NCBI GenBank assembly: GCA_002633005.1 | Contig: NMRA01000682.1 | Coordinates: 14,318 to 78,317 of the forward strand | Source of the DNA: Phoronis australis | Lineage: Eukaryota > Animalia > Phoronida | Length of the DNA: 64,000 nucleotides | Direction of reading: 5' to 3' | Part shown: positions 63,729 to 64,000 of the stretch, piece by piece | How the letters are laid out: every line of letters starts with the position of its first letter | How positions within the stretch are numbered: the stretch's first letter is position 1 | The notes under the pieces: model-generated | Told to the model about the DNA's origin: nothing | Database searches by the model: none | What the model saw: only the letters and a program-made list of their open reading frames with translations | Made by a program: the position numbers and the translations under genes

Positions 63729-64000
63729 CTACATTTTGGAAAAAGGTCAAAATGGGGATATTCAGTTGGATCCTTCATTGAATGTTAGGTTTTCACAGAA
63801 CCAACTTGGTGAAACCATTGTCCTTTGAACCTAACTAATTGCCCTGTCCCTGCTGCCGAATAAAGGTCACACGAGGTTAGCTACATGTACCAAGTGAAGT
63901 GTACGTCATGTGCTTTACGTTACTACACGCGTCTATGTTCATCTAGGTTAGATTAGTTGATTCCTACTTTAAACAAAATTGCGGTCTAGATCGAGTCATT

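Overview
Eukaryotic, repeat-rich genomic DNA from a draft assembly (431-N gap at 13319-13749). Spliceosomal introns, LTR/LINE/DNA transposons and frequent TACATGTA suggest a marine invertebrate; the taxon is an inference. One host gene can be reconstructed: a minus-strand, multi-exon, divergent ZP-module type I membrane protein (furin site RRRR, TM helix, NPVY tail) spanning about 24.7-63.7 kb, with its 5' end outside the window. The ORF track shows it only as fragments. Most of the rest is transposon-derived: five non-autonomous Kolobok-like elements (THAP and KolX-like stubs; TTAA at the intact family-A ends), a deleted Gmr1-like Gypsy provirus nested in a Kolobok that is itself nested in a LINE RNase H, a solo LTR with a 5-bp TSD, two AT-TSD elements, a 6.4-kb TA-TSD element carrying a rearranged Sola3-like transposase, a 6-kb foldback-like element with AAACTTAAGTTT arrays, a CAC-ended palindromic MITE with a 5-bp TSD, LINE fragments, SINE heads and mini/microsatellites. 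No rRNA, intact tRNA or CRISPR array was seen. All family assignments come from motif recognition by eye, not database searches.
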